Virus record (IMG/VR): IMGVR_UViG_3300020154_000003
Span: 1 to 64,000 of that record
Reading direction: 5' to 3' (one strand)
DNA: 64,000 bases
Both the position numbers and the translations under genes were made by a program. How positions within the stretch are numbered: the stretch's first letter is position 1; each line of letters starts with the position of its first letter. The notes under the pieces were generated by a model, which saw only the letters and a list, made by a program, of their open reading frames with translations, was not told where the DNA came from and searched no databases. This document shows positions 19,283 to 28,558 of this stretch, piece by piece.

Positions 19283-22198
19283 TTAAGGTTTAATGGCTTC
19301 AGTGTTAGCATTTGACTGACCACCTGTTTGAGATGAATCAGTTATTTTTGATCCATTATTGGCTTCTATTTGTGCGGATTCAGCGATTCTAGCAGTCTTG
19401 TAAACACCAACAGGATAATATGTCGAATTTGCGTAGTAGTTGAAACTTTCAGCATTCTGTAGAACATCAATGGCAGACTTCAACGATTGTCCACCAATTA
19501 CACGCATAGTAATGCTTATGTCAGCAATCATAAACTGCATACCCATGCCTTCAGGATTCATGTCCCAAGGAGCGTCAGTATAATCAAAATCAATACTATC
19601 AATGATCACCTTCGTGTGAAAGAAATCACCAATTCTCAACACGCATACTGGTGGTCTTCCGAATACTGAATTACGAGCAGCAGGAATACCCTGACTTTCG
19701 GTCGAATCCAATACTGTTGCGTTACCCTGACGTGTACACTGTTGTAAGAATGTTAATCTTCTATGAAAATCTTCGGGTGTCTGCGAATGAAATACTGGTG
19801 ACAGTGTGCGTTTTTCTGCAGCTTCGAATCCAGTATATTCTTTATCGTTAACATTTTTCAAAACAAACAACCCATCGTTGTTTTGGAAGTTTTCAGCTTC
19901 AGCAATTAATCTCTTATTTGCTTCAATCTGTTCAAGAATTTTATTTCTATCGTTTTTCTGTTGTTCAGTTAATTCAACCTCCTTATATCTAACCGCTCCG
20001 TTTCTAACCAGTACTACCTTTGCATTTCTCTCTGGTTTAACATCCGATGCATACGCAAATTCTGCTTGCGCACCTCTGTCTGAACCATTGGTTGAACCTG
20101 ATGCAACTTTAATTACTTTCACACCAGCTTCTTCCAGCGTTTTACCATGTTCAGTTTTAAACTTTGTTTGAATATATTCATACAACGCCTCAACCCTTCT
20201 TCTTGATAAATCTAAATTATATTGATACTGTTTTGTTTTATCCACATATAGTTTCGATGCAGAACCAACAAAATTTAATGTTACTAAGTCCAATTCACCA
20301 GTATTTGGGTTAAGTACTGATTGAACGAAGTCAGTCACTGTAGAATCGAAACCAACATTTAATCCATCATCGTTGGGTTCGTTACCATCGTCAGTACCGT
20401 TTTCATACGAGCCATCAGGATCAACAACATCCACGTCATTAGGGAAATAATACGTAACATATGTTCCAGATTTAATTACTGGTGTCTGTTGAATTTTATT
20501 TGGTGTAATGGTCTGTAATTGTGCCTCAAGCCTAGAATTTTCAACTTTCTTAGCTTCAATGTCAACGTTCTTCAACTCAGAAGCACTTAATCTACCACCG
20601 AAAGCAAAAAATTTAGCAGCCTCATTATGGCTTCTACCTCTAATCTGTGGTGGATAATCGATAATTAATTTAAATCCTAATCTTGCTATACGCTCTGATG
20701 AACTATATGTATATATAGGTTCACCTCTACCGATGAAGGTTGTAGTTTCATGCTTCGCAATCGAACTTTCACTTAATTGGATGCCGTAAGGAGGAAACCA
20801 CATCACTCTCCCCATATTTTCACCTACTTCGCTCAACGGAACTTTTGTTCCGAAGGCATCACCCAAATATCCTTTGCTGTTTAATCTAAATGCAAGGTTT
20901 TCGATACTAAACATCATGTTCCTGTTGTCGATAACATTTTTCTCTTTATCGAAAATTGGATGCATCTTAGGAATCACATATCTATTTATCACCGATTCTT
21001 TAGGCCCATCATAAATGTTGTTACCATTAAATCTGATCGCTTTTTTATAATTGTTGTAAGGGTCGATAATATTTTGCTGTCTTTCAGTACGAACGTTACC
21101 ATCATTGTCTCTTGTAAGTGGCGAACCATTGTACATAGGATTTCCGTCCTTGTCATACCACTTCTTTTTCGTCTGGTCGATAGATGAGTTACCACCTCTG
21201 GCTTGCATCAAGGCTCTGGTATAAGCCAGCATACCCGTTCTAATGCCGAATTTAGAGGCCATCGTATTTGCACCGTCTCTACCCCAAACAACCTGACCAT
21301 TGACGTTATCCACGCCAAAGCCATAGCTATTATCAACAAAGTCAAAATCTTTGTCCTTAGGTTGATTTGGTAAGTTCTGAGCAGTGTTTCCAACGTAGTT
21401 GGTAGTCTTACCCAACCTACTTTTGTGATTTGCACTACCATATTCAAGATTGTTCTGGCCTTCGATACTTTTAAGATCGGGTATTTGATATTCATCAACC
21501 ACCGTCATAGATGCCTCAAACCCGTTAGGGAAATTTTCAGGGTCATCAGTAGGAAATAATACACGCTCATACCATTCACGGCCAGCAGGGATTATTGACA
21601 AACCTTGACCGTTGGTTGTAGATATAAATGCACTATCACTAGGCTTATATAGGTTTTTATTTAAACTTTCATAAAGAAAATTCAACACCCCTTTACCTGT
21701 GTTTCTCACCAACTCGTTACGCATCATTCGGAATTCTTCGTTGGTTCTGGTTGGGCTTAATGGTGAGGTCACTCGTTGATTACCAGCAATTCTTTCAATG
21801 ATATTTTCAACTGTGGTATTATCCTCATCACGAGTAATACGATAATCTACACGTTTTGTAAATAATTTTGTATTTGGATTACCATCAAAAAGATTGTTGA
21901 AATTTATAGATGGTAAACCAGCAGTAAGGGCGTTTTGTGTCACTCTTTGAGCAAATTGCTTACCTAATTGCTCGATTCCGATCTGTGCAATAGGTGTATT
22001 TGGCCCAATCATCCTACCGATAACCGTATTTTTAAGGTCAAAAGACTTGGTTGGGTTGAAAACAGCAGAAATTCCGTTAATAGCCTTAATTAATAACGGG
22101 TTGTCAATCGCATAAGGATCATTTGGAGTGTATAAGTTTCTGGCTACCAAATTTTCCCTTAAATTTTTTAATTCTTGGCTGTCTTTTAATCCGGGCAT
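19283..22198 (-). CDS. Large baseplate / tube-initiator-like virion protein with an OmpA-like domain
   Basis: Tube-like segments (FIGRGEPIYTY; GRPPVCVLRIGDFFHTKVIIDSIDFDY) flank an OmpA_C-like stretch; late motif at 22215-22222. Confidence 0.6.
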   Translation of the reverse strand: MPGLKDSQELKNLRENLVARNLYTPNDPYAIDNPLLIKAINGISAVFNPTKSFDLKNTVIGRMIGPNTPIAQIGIEQLGKQFAQRVTQNALTAGLPSINFNNLFDGNPNTKLFTKRVDYRITRDEDNTTVENIIERIAGNQRVTSPLSPTRTNEEFRMMRNELVRNTGKGVLNFLYESLNKNLYKPSDSAFISTTNGQGLSIIPAGREWYERVLFPTDDPENFPNGFEASMTVVDEYQIPDLKSIEGQNNLEYGSANHKSRLGKTTNYVGNTAQNLPNQPKDKDFDFVDNSYGFGVDNVNGQVVWGRDGANTMASKFGIRTGMLAYTRALMQARGGNSSIDQTKKKWYDKDGNPMYNGSPLTRDNDGNVRTERQQNIIDPYNNYKKAIRFNGNNIYDGPKESVINRYVIPKMHPIFDKEKNVIDNRNMMFSIENLAFRLNSKGYLGDAFGTKVPLSEVGENMGRVMWFPPYGIQLSESSIAKHETTTFIGRGEPIYTYSSSERIARLGFKLIIDYPPQIRGRSHNEAAKFFAFGGRLSASELKNVDIEAKKVENSRLEAQLQTITPNKIQQTPVIKSGTYVTYYFPNDVDVVDPDGSYENGTDDGNEPNDDGLNVGFDSTVTDFVQSVLNPNTGELDLVTLNFVGSASKLYVDKTKQYQYNLDLSRRRVEALYEYIQTKFKTEHGKTLEEAGVKVIKVASGSTNGSDRGAQAEFAYASDVKPERNAKVVLVRNGAVRYKEVELTEQQKNDRNKILEQIEANKRLIAEAENFQNNDGLFVLKNVNDKEYTGFEAAEKRTLSPVFHSQTPEDFHRRLTFLQQCTRQGNATVLDSTESQGIPAARNSVFGRPPVCVLRIGDFFHTKVIIDSIDFDYTDAPWDMNPEGMGMQFMIADISITMRVIGGQSLKSAIDVLQNAESFNYYANSTYYPVGVYKTARIAESAQIEANNGSKITDSSQTGGQSNANTEAIKP

Positions 22199-22214
22199 GT
22201 AGTTTACTTTTCAC

Positions 22215-22222
22215 ATAAATAC
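22215..22222 (-). promoter_or_regulatory. Putative late promoter GTATTTAT heading the baseplate + glycosylation operon
   Basis: 16 nt upstream of the ATG at 22198. Confidence 0.6.
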
Positions 22223-22243
22223 TTGACTTATTTTTTAATAAAA

Positions 22244-22275
22244 TTTGCATTATTCAAATTCTTTAAATAAGATTG
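22244..22275 (+). promoter_or_regulatory. Putative Bacteroidota-type promoter TTTG-N20-TAAGATTG
   Basis: TTTG at 22244-22247 and a one-mismatch TAnnTTTG at 22268-22275, just before the first hairpin of the non-coding region. Confidence 0.4.
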
Positions 22276-22279
22276 CGAG

Positions 22280-22522
22280 ACATAGTGGGCGGGTAAACAC
22301 CATTGGCACTATGTGATTAGTTCAAAGTATGCTACCAAGGGGGAATTAAGATAAGCATACACCCACTCCTAAATCCTGAAGGGTTCTTAATCGGTAAATA
22401 GGAAATTATCGTAAGTAGCAGGAGAGAGTTTGATACCTATATACAAACTTGAATACGGATACCTCGTAATTCACAGGACTAACCTATAATAGAATATTAT
22501 ATATTTTTTTATAGGGGAGTCC
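22280..22522 (+). ncRNA. Candidate structured non-coding RNA or long leader upstream of rnhA
   Basis: Largest intergenic gap in the window. Three stems: ACATAGTG/CACTATGT, GTATGCT/AGCATAC, GGACT..CCTATAA/TTATAGG..AGTCC. No family recognised. Confidence 0.3.
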
Positions 22523-22587
22523 TACCTATGAAGCCGTTTCCTTTAATCCTTATTAATCTTATATAGTTATATAATACTCAAAAACAT

Positions 22588-23046
22588 ATGTTAAAAGTAT
22601 ATACTGATGGTTCTTGTTGGCCAAACACTGGTGAAGGTAATGGAACATATGGTTTTTTAGTTGTTGATAACAATGAAAACGTCATCCACTCGCACATTGA
22701 TGGTCGGGAGAAAACGACAAACAACCGAATGGAATTGCTTGGAATTATCTCGGCATTTAAATACTTAAATGCTAATCACGGAAGTGTATCAAACATAACG
22801 ATTTTTTCTGATTCGCAATATTGCGTAAAAGGATTCAACACTTGGTATTTTGGATGGATAAAATCTGAAACTAAATTAAGTAAAATTAAAAATTTGGATA
22901 TGTGGCATTATCTGCACGGCCTGCGTTCTCCAAACATTGAATTGAAATGGGTAAAAGGTCATGCATCAAATAAATTTAATAACCTTATCGATGAATTGAT
23001 AAGTGAAGAATTTGCGAAACGATATGGAACAAAACCTAAGTACTGA
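22588..23046 (+). CDS. rnhA: Ribonuclease HI
   Basis: YTDGSC, TNNRMEL, SDSQY, N.DMW, WVKGH, N..ID. Confidence 0.95.
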   Translation: MLKVYTDGSCWPNTGEGNGTYGFLVVDNNENVIHSHIDGREKTTNNRMELLGIISAFKYLNANHGSVSNITIFSDSQYCVKGFNTWYFGWIKSETKLSKIKNLDMWHYLHGLRSPNIELKWVKGHASNKFNNLIDELISEEFAKRYGTKPKY

Positions 23047-23332
23047 AAAAATATTTCGAAAGGTATTATTATCTGAAAAATTACCTCCTTTAGATAAATA
23101 TGTTCCCATGATTGATGATCATGATGAAATTATTATGTATAGAAGAATTGAAGTCCCTATACTTGGAAGTAGTAATATGTCAACTTTTTATAATATGCGA
23201 GATTTGGCAGGGGATAATACTCCACATGATAACCATCCGATGATTTATTGGCTTGAAGAAGTAACTATTGATGAGTTACTTACAACTTCCTCGCGGCTGA
23301 AGTACCTTGTTGATGTCTTACGGACTGAATAA
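23003..23332 (+). CDS. Hypothetical protein
   Basis: 109-aa ORF overlapping rnhA and the 3' end of the tape measure gene. Confidence 0.5.
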   Translation: MKNLRNDMEQNLSTEKIFRKVLLSEKLPPLDKYVPMIDDHDEIIMYRRIEVPILGSSNMSTFYNMRDLAGDNTPHDNHPMIYWLEEVTIDELLTTSSRLKYLVDVLRTE

Positions 23333-25793
23333 CTGCTTCCCTACCAATATCGAGAACCTTAACCAATCTTTCACGGTTAATCTCAAGAGTAATATCACTC
23401 TTAATTGAAACATTTTTATCCGCAAACTCAACTTGCAGAGGTTTGCTTAATAATGATTTTAACTCAGCGAACATGCTGTTGGAATCGATCTTAGTATTTG
23501 CAATATTTTTTATTGCACTTTCCACTTTTTCAAATTGTCCTGCATTAGCATTAAGAACGACACCGATGTTTTTGAAAGCATCGCCAACCCTTTCAATATT
23601 TTTAGCTTGTGTTCCGATTGCAAGTATCATTGCTAACGCACCTCCACCACCGATAGCACCTAAAATTCCACCAGCAGCTAATGACATTGTGGCAGCACCA
23701 ATCGCAGCAATACCTCCTGCAATTCCAAGTAATTGTTCACCACTTGTAGACTTCGAAAGATCGGCTAACCCTTTCGACATATATCCGATACCAGCACCAG
23801 CGATACCGATAGCAACGCCAATACCTAAGAGAGCACCAGTTATGATTGCAATACCGACCACAGATGTTTCTGCAGCCTTACCTAAAAGTACCAAGCTTAC
23901 AGCCATTAATGGTACTGCAATGCTAATTCCTATTATGGAAAATTTAAGTGCATCTAATTGTTCGGGATTTAAGTCCTTCAAGCTTTTCGCTAAAAATCCA
24001 AACCCTGCTGCGGCAGCACCAATTCCAATACCTGCACCAGCAGCAGCTAAACCAATTGCTTTAAGATTACCAGCCATTGCGCTACCGCCTTTACCAGCAA
24101 CTTTTTGCATACCTCCACCCATGAGACCGCCACCACCTGCAGGAGATGGTGAACTACCTCCTTTTGATTTAAGCATCCCACCGATACCACTCATCATCGG
24201 GCCAACGGTGTTGAATAACTTACCAGCAGCAAGTAAAGTGATCGCTGCACCACCGATGCCTTTGATCCAGCCTTCACCCATCCAATCCTTTAACTTATTG
24301 ATCTTTTGTAGAACCCAATTAACTCCCTCCAGTACAGGAAGAAGAACAGATTTCATTTCGAGCATAGTATTTTTCATCACTTCCTCGAAATTCTGTGAGT
24401 CAATACCTCTTTGTTCTAAAGTTTTTTGTTCTTGCTTTAAAAGTTTAATATCGGACGTAGCTAACTTTGAAATGTCTTTTTGCGCACCATTAACCATCGC
24501 AAAGAACTTACCAGTCTTACTATCGAATTTTGCAATACCTTCGATGTACTCTTGCTCATCCTTAGTTAAGTTCAAACCTAAAGTTTGCTTTTTCATGGCC
24601 TGAACCTGTGCGACTCTACGGGCAGATTCTGCTAAATTTTCATATGACACTCCGAGAGCATCAGCAGCCTGACGTAATCTGTCCTGATCCTGTGCAGTTA
24701 CTGCGAAATCGAATCCGTCTTCAGTTTTACGCATCGTAGCCATACCCTTTGTTAGTTGGGTCAACTTCTTAGCATATTCTGCAGGATCATTTCTTGAAAG
24801 GAATAGTAATTCAAATGGGTCTGACTTTGCAAACTCACCACCTAACACATTTAATTGTGAAGCCATCTCAATAGCACCTTCCAAGCTTCTGGCCATCTTT
24901 GCACTATTGATCGAATCATTAATATCTAGCTTGAATTTCTCTGAGTATTCACTCATTTTAGCCATACCTTTAATACCATCTCTGAAAGAGAACGTGTTAA
25001 GGGTTTTGAAGTTCTGACTTATATTTTTTAATACTTTGGTTGCATTAATACCTAGTCGCTCTGATGAGTCAACAACTCCTTGTACAAATTTTTGACTTCT
25101 TTCAATACTGACACCTAAATTATCAAATTGTCCAACAAGTTTTCCAGCTTGATCAACACCTAAGGCTGTACCCTTTCCAATACTTGAAACTAACTTGAAT
25201 TCTTTCTCAGAAAGTGCTACTGTTCTACTTGTTTCTTCTGAATATGCTGCTTGAGCCTTTGCTAATTCAGCAATAGAAACACCCAATCTTTGAGAATACG
25301 TTGCAGCATTCTGCATGTTTTGTCTTAAGTCGTCTGCCTTACCTGCTGACAACCCTAATTCAAGCGTTACACCTCTGATTGCTTTATCGGCATCCATGAT
25401 GTAACCAGTCATCGCACCAAAACCAAAGTTTCTATCTCCAAAACTGGCAATGGAGTTCTTTATATCTCCAACGACTTTTTCTTGTTTTCTATAAGTTTTT
25501 AGTTGGTTTTCTAGTTGCTTATCAAGACCTTTTGCAGCAATGATTTGCTGTTTTAGATTAGCTAAAGCAGTTTGAGATAGTTTACCCCTACCGCTAACGT
25601 GTCGATTTAATCTATTCTCTAACTTTTCAAGTTCTCTGGCGACTGATAGTCTTTCAAGTTCAGTATTGGCAATATTTTTCTGGAAACTACTCTCAAAGCC
25701 TAAGCTTTCGTTAATCTCCTTCATTATCCGTGCCTTTTCCTCCAACGCATTAGTTGATAGTGGAGTGCCTGAAACTTTTTGCTTTTTAGCCAT
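23280..25793 (-). CDS. Tail tape measure protein
   Basis: 837 aa, helical/coiled-coil, Gly/Ala-rich hydrophobic C-terminal half, downstream of tail chaperone genes, late motif at 25809-25816. Confidence 0.85.
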   Translation of the reverse strand: MAKKQKVSGTPLSTNALEEKARIMKEINESLGFESSFQKNIANTELERLSVARELEKLENRLNRHVSGRGKLSQTALANLKQQIIAAKGLDKQLENQLKTYRKQEKVVGDIKNSIASFGDRNFGFGAMTGYIMDADKAIRGVTLELGLSAGKADDLRQNMQNAATYSQRLGVSIAELAKAQAAYSEETSRTVALSEKEFKLVSSIGKGTALGVDQAGKLVGQFDNLGVSIERSQKFVQGVVDSSERLGINATKVLKNISQNFKTLNTFSFRDGIKGMAKMSEYSEKFKLDINDSINSAKMARSLEGAIEMASQLNVLGGEFAKSDPFELLFLSRNDPAEYAKKLTQLTKGMATMRKTEDGFDFAVTAQDQDRLRQAADALGVSYENLAESARRVAQVQAMKKQTLGLNLTKDEQEYIEGIAKFDSKTGKFFAMVNGAQKDISKLATSDIKLLKQEQKTLEQRGIDSQNFEEVMKNTMLEMKSVLLPVLEGVNWVLQKINKLKDWMGEGWIKGIGGAAITLLAAGKLFNTVGPMMSGIGGMLKSKGGSSPSPAGGGGLMGGGMQKVAGKGGSAMAGNLKAIGLAAAGAGIGIGAAAAGFGFLAKSLKDLNPEQLDALKFSIIGISIAVPLMAVSLVLLGKAAETSVVGIAIITGALLGIGVAIGIAGAGIGYMSKGLADLSKSTSGEQLLGIAGGIAAIGAATMSLAAGGILGAIGGGGALAMILAIGTQAKNIERVGDAFKNIGVVLNANAGQFEKVESAIKNIANTKIDSNSMFAELKSLLSKPLQVEFADKNVSIKSDITLEINRERLVKVLDIGREAVIQSVRHQQGTSAARKL

Positions 25794-25819
25794 TTAAACT
25801 CGTTTCAGATAAATACCTA

Positions 25820-25848
25820 TAAAAAAAATAACCACGATTAGTGGTTAT
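25820..25848 (-). terminator. Terminator after the tail chaperone genes
   Basis: Stem ATAACCAC/GTGGTTAT (25828-25848) followed by a long T-tract on the minus strand. Confidence 0.7.
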
Positions 25849-26042
25849 CTTCTTTTTTTCGAGAATCCAGTACTGGTTTGACTTTTCCTTCTGGCCTTTT
25901 CTAGTTCTTCCTTTTGTTTTTCGAATTCATCATTCAATTTATACAAATAGTATCTCCTTTTCCACGTAGGCATTTGTGCTACTTCATTTATCGAGCCTAT
26001 TTGTCCGTGTCTACTCAGATAATAAACCTCATCGGTTATCAT
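25845..26042 (-). CDS. Tail assembly chaperone C-terminal part (gpT / T4 gp51-like); probable -1 frameshift extension
   Basis: MPTWKRRYY motif; frame is open upstream to the T9 run at 26073-26081. Confidence 0.7.
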   Translation of the reverse strand: MITDEVYYLSRHGQIGSINEVAQMPTWKRRYYLYKLNDEFEKQKEELEKARRKSQTSTGFSKKRR

Positions 26043-26059
26043 CCTTTTGTATCTATCCG

Positions 26060-27010
26060 CTAAATGAAGGGGAAAAAAAAATCTACGCCTACGCTAATTT
26101 TAGCTTTAAATTTGTATCCATCTGCTGCAGTGAATTCATAATTCATATCAACGTCAGGAGTAACTTCTTGAATTCTTTTCTTCAATTCTGCAGAATCTCT
26201 AGCAGGCATTGCGTCAACGAAGCTTACGATGTAATCTTTTGTTCGATTTCCTGCAACTTCAACAATTTCAGCCTTTAATTTCAAAGAAGCGAATTGACTG
26301 TATGATTCGCTATAAGCGTCCTGTATTGCTTCAGCAGTTTTCAACACATGATTGATCTCTCTGTAGTTTAGGATTTTGAATTTAACCAATAATTTTCTGA
26401 CAGGTAACAAATATGAGAACTCGCCTCTTTCATCAGGTACATGTTTAATTTCCTTTGGTTTAAGTTGGGTTAAATCAACTTTATCAGGAAAACTATTGCC
26501 ATTTCTAGGGTCAGTAACATTTACCTCATACTCAGCACCATAGGATGACGCTCTAAGGAAAAGTAATATTGCGTTCCTATCACCAACGAGCAATTCATCA
26601 GTGTTTATACCCGGAGTCTTTATTTTTTGCTTCAATAAAATATCCAGTACCGTACCATTTTCGATCAAAGATGATGTTGAAAGAATGTCTTCATCTTTTG
26701 AAGTCATATATTCAACTGTTACTTCAGATATTTTATTGGAATAGTAAAGTCCTTTTGATGGTAATTGAACTATCTCATATCCTACGGTAAGGTTAGGATC
26801 AACATTAGTTTGCTGCGCTTGGGTTTGTTTTTGGAATGCTTCTTCAGACTTGAAGCCTGAGAGTGTTACTGGTTCAACAGCTTCTGGAGTGATAGCTTTG
26901 TTGATGGTTTGGTTAACATCCGCACCTGATTTATTAGCATAAAAATTATTCAATGCATCTTTCAGTGCTTTCTGTTCTATCGGGTCAACTACTTCTTTTC
27001 TATTTGCCAT
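26060..27010 (-). CDS. Tail/baseplate assembly chaperone (gpG / T4 gp26-like)
   Basis: LPSKGLYY, MTSKDEDIL, GDRNAILLFLR, ends GVDFFFP; upstream of the tape measure gene. Confidence 0.75.
   Translation of the reverse strand: MANRKEVVDPIEQKALKDALNNFYANKSGADVNQTINKAITPEAVEPVTLSGFKSEEAFQKQTQAQQTNVDPNLTVGYEIVQLPSKGLYYSNKISEVTVEYMTSKDEDILSTSSLIENGTVLDILLKQKIKTPGINTDELLVGDRNAILLFLRASSYGAEYEVNVTDPRNGNSFPDKVDLTQLKPKEIKHVPDERGEFSYLLPVRKLLVKFKILNYREINHVLKTAEAIQDAYSESYSQFASLKLKAEIVEVAGNRTKDYIVSFVDAMPARDSAELKKRIQEVTPDVDMNYEFTAADGYKFKAKISVGVDFFFPFI
26073..26081 (-). other. Slippery site for a programmed -1 ribosomal frameshift (GA TTT TTT TTT CCC)
   Basis: Nine T on the coding strand just before the TAG; the -1 frame reads PLHLADRYKR into the 25845..26042 ORF. 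Confidence 0.7.
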
Positions 27011-27125
27011 AATTATAATTTTTTATTATTCTTTATAATTAAATACAGTGTTTTTGAAATTTTTCTCTAAAAAATCAAGATTTCCCTGACTTTCCTGTAT
27101 AATACAGTAGGAGAATATTTTTTTA

Positions 27126-27866
27126 ATGGCTAAAAAAAGTAAGAAAAGTAGCGAGTCGTTCGAAATCTCGAAAATCGAGAAGAACGAACAAGAGAAAGAG
27201 AGGATTAATCAAATACTACATGAGAGAGTATCACTGAACGCCAAAAATGATAGTCAAAAAAGATTAATAAAGTCAATAAAAGAGAATCAAATAACCATTT
27301 GTAATGGTGTTGCTGGTTCTGGTAAGACAATATGCTCGATATACATGGCACTGTCACTACTGAAGGATGCTAACAATGCTTATCGCAAAATTTATTTAGT
27401 TAAATCAGTAACAACACTAAAAGGTGAGGAACTAGGATTTTTGAAAGGAGATTTGAGGGAGAAAGTTGACCCTTTTATTGAGAGTTTTAGAATTAATGCT
27501 GAAAAGTTATTTCACGTAACTAATGTAAAAGCATTATTTGAGACTAGCATTATTGAATTCTTACCGTTGGCTTACATCAGAGGAAGAAACTTTGATAATT
27601 GTATTGTTATCCTTGATGAGACTCAAAACGTCAGTATCGACAACACCAGAACCCTATTAACTAGGATTGGCGAAAGTTGTAAGATGATACTTCTAGGTGA
27701 TACTAATCAGATCGACTTGAAACTAAAGAAGGACAGTTCGTTAGAACCAGTGCTTCGCATCTTCAACGATGTTTCTGATATTGGTTGTGTTACAATGGAC
27801 GAAAACGAAGAAAATCTACGTAATCCAATCATTAAAACAATCGAAAGAAAGTTTAAAGAGTTATGA
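27126..27866 (+). CDS. phoH: PhoH-family ATPase
   Basis: GVAGSGKT, LGFLKG...EK..PF, PLAYIRGRNF, ILDETQN, GDTNQIDL, RNPII. Confidence 0.93.
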   Translation: MAKKSKKSSESFEISKIEKNEQEKERINQILHERVSLNAKNDSQKRLIKSIKENQITICNGVAGSGKTICSIYMALSLLKDANNAYRKIYLVKSVTTLKGEELGFLKGDLREKVDPFIESFRINAEKLFHVTNVKALFETSIIEFLPLAYIRGRNFDNCIVILDETQNVSIDNTRTLLTRIGESCKMILLGDTNQIDLKLKKDSSLEPVLRIFNDVSDIGCVTMDENEENLRNPIIKTIERKFKEL

Positions 27867-28159
27867 GTGAAAAAATAATTTTAGTGTTTTACATAGGTAT
27901 TGCTGATATGAATGAATATCAAGTTGCACAATACGTGCAACGTGTTCAGCAAAGATTCTTTACTGAAGAATTTATTAAATCTAATAATGCTGAAATAATT
28001 TTATTACCAACCAGAGAAACGAATAGTAGAATTGAATGTATTAATCCAAAATATATTAATGATGCTGAATTAATTAAAGAACATCAAGAAAAAATGACCA
28101 GCTACCATAATGAATTTCAAAAATTTGTTGAAGAGTATGGTTTTAAGAAAGCGGAATAA
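27863..28159 (+). CDS. Hypothetical protein
   Basis: 98-aa ORF with ATGA overlap on phoH. Confidence 0.6.
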   Translation: MSEKIILVFYIGIADMNEYQVAQYVQRVQQRFFTEEFIKSNNAEIILLPTRETNSRIECINPKYINDAELIKEHQEKMTSYHNEFQKFVEEYGFKKAE

Positions 28160-28162
28160 AAA

Positions 28163-28552
28163 ATGGATGAAGACGAATACAGAAGAAGGTTCGAAGAAGT
28201 AAACAAAAAAATTTCAGACCCTAAAATAAGTAAGAAGATAGATAATTTTCTGAAAAAAATTGCTGAATTGGTGGACTGTAATGTTGAGTTGAATTTTTCG
28301 ATAACACCACATATAGAACATTATGCGGAATTACAAGGTTCGGATGATTTTATAATTCCTGATGCACCAACAATGAAATTACAAGATTTTATGGAGCATT
28401 TGAGGAAGGAAGAAGGCCATAATTTCGATGTTTATATTGATCCAATTTATTTGAATAAGGGTGTTAATGAGATAATTGATGTGTTAATAAGTACGGTTGA
28501 CAACAAACTTATTGTTGTACCAATATCAAATAAAAAACAAGTAAAACTTTAA
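28163..28552 (+). CDS. Hypothetical protein
   Basis: 129-aa ORF in the operon. Confidence 0.55.
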   Translation: MDEDEYRRRFEEVNKKISDPKISKKIDNFLKKIAELVDCNVELNFSITPHIEHYAELQGSDDFIIPDAPTMKLQDFMEHLRKEEGHNFDVYIDPIYLNKGVNEIIDVLISTVDNKLIVVPISNKKQVKL

Positions 28553-28558
28553 AATAAA

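Noticed and set aside
22199-22587. tRNA or tmRNA in the large intergenic gap
   Set aside because: No cloverleaf with a TTC T-loop and acceptor stem could be built; no tRNA was found in other gaps either.
23443-24603. 386-aa plus-strand ORF
   Set aside because: Antisense shadow of the Gly/Ala-rich tape measure gene; low-complexity Pro/Ile/Ala translation. The many other short antisense ORFs over the sheath, fibres and replication genes were rejected likewise.
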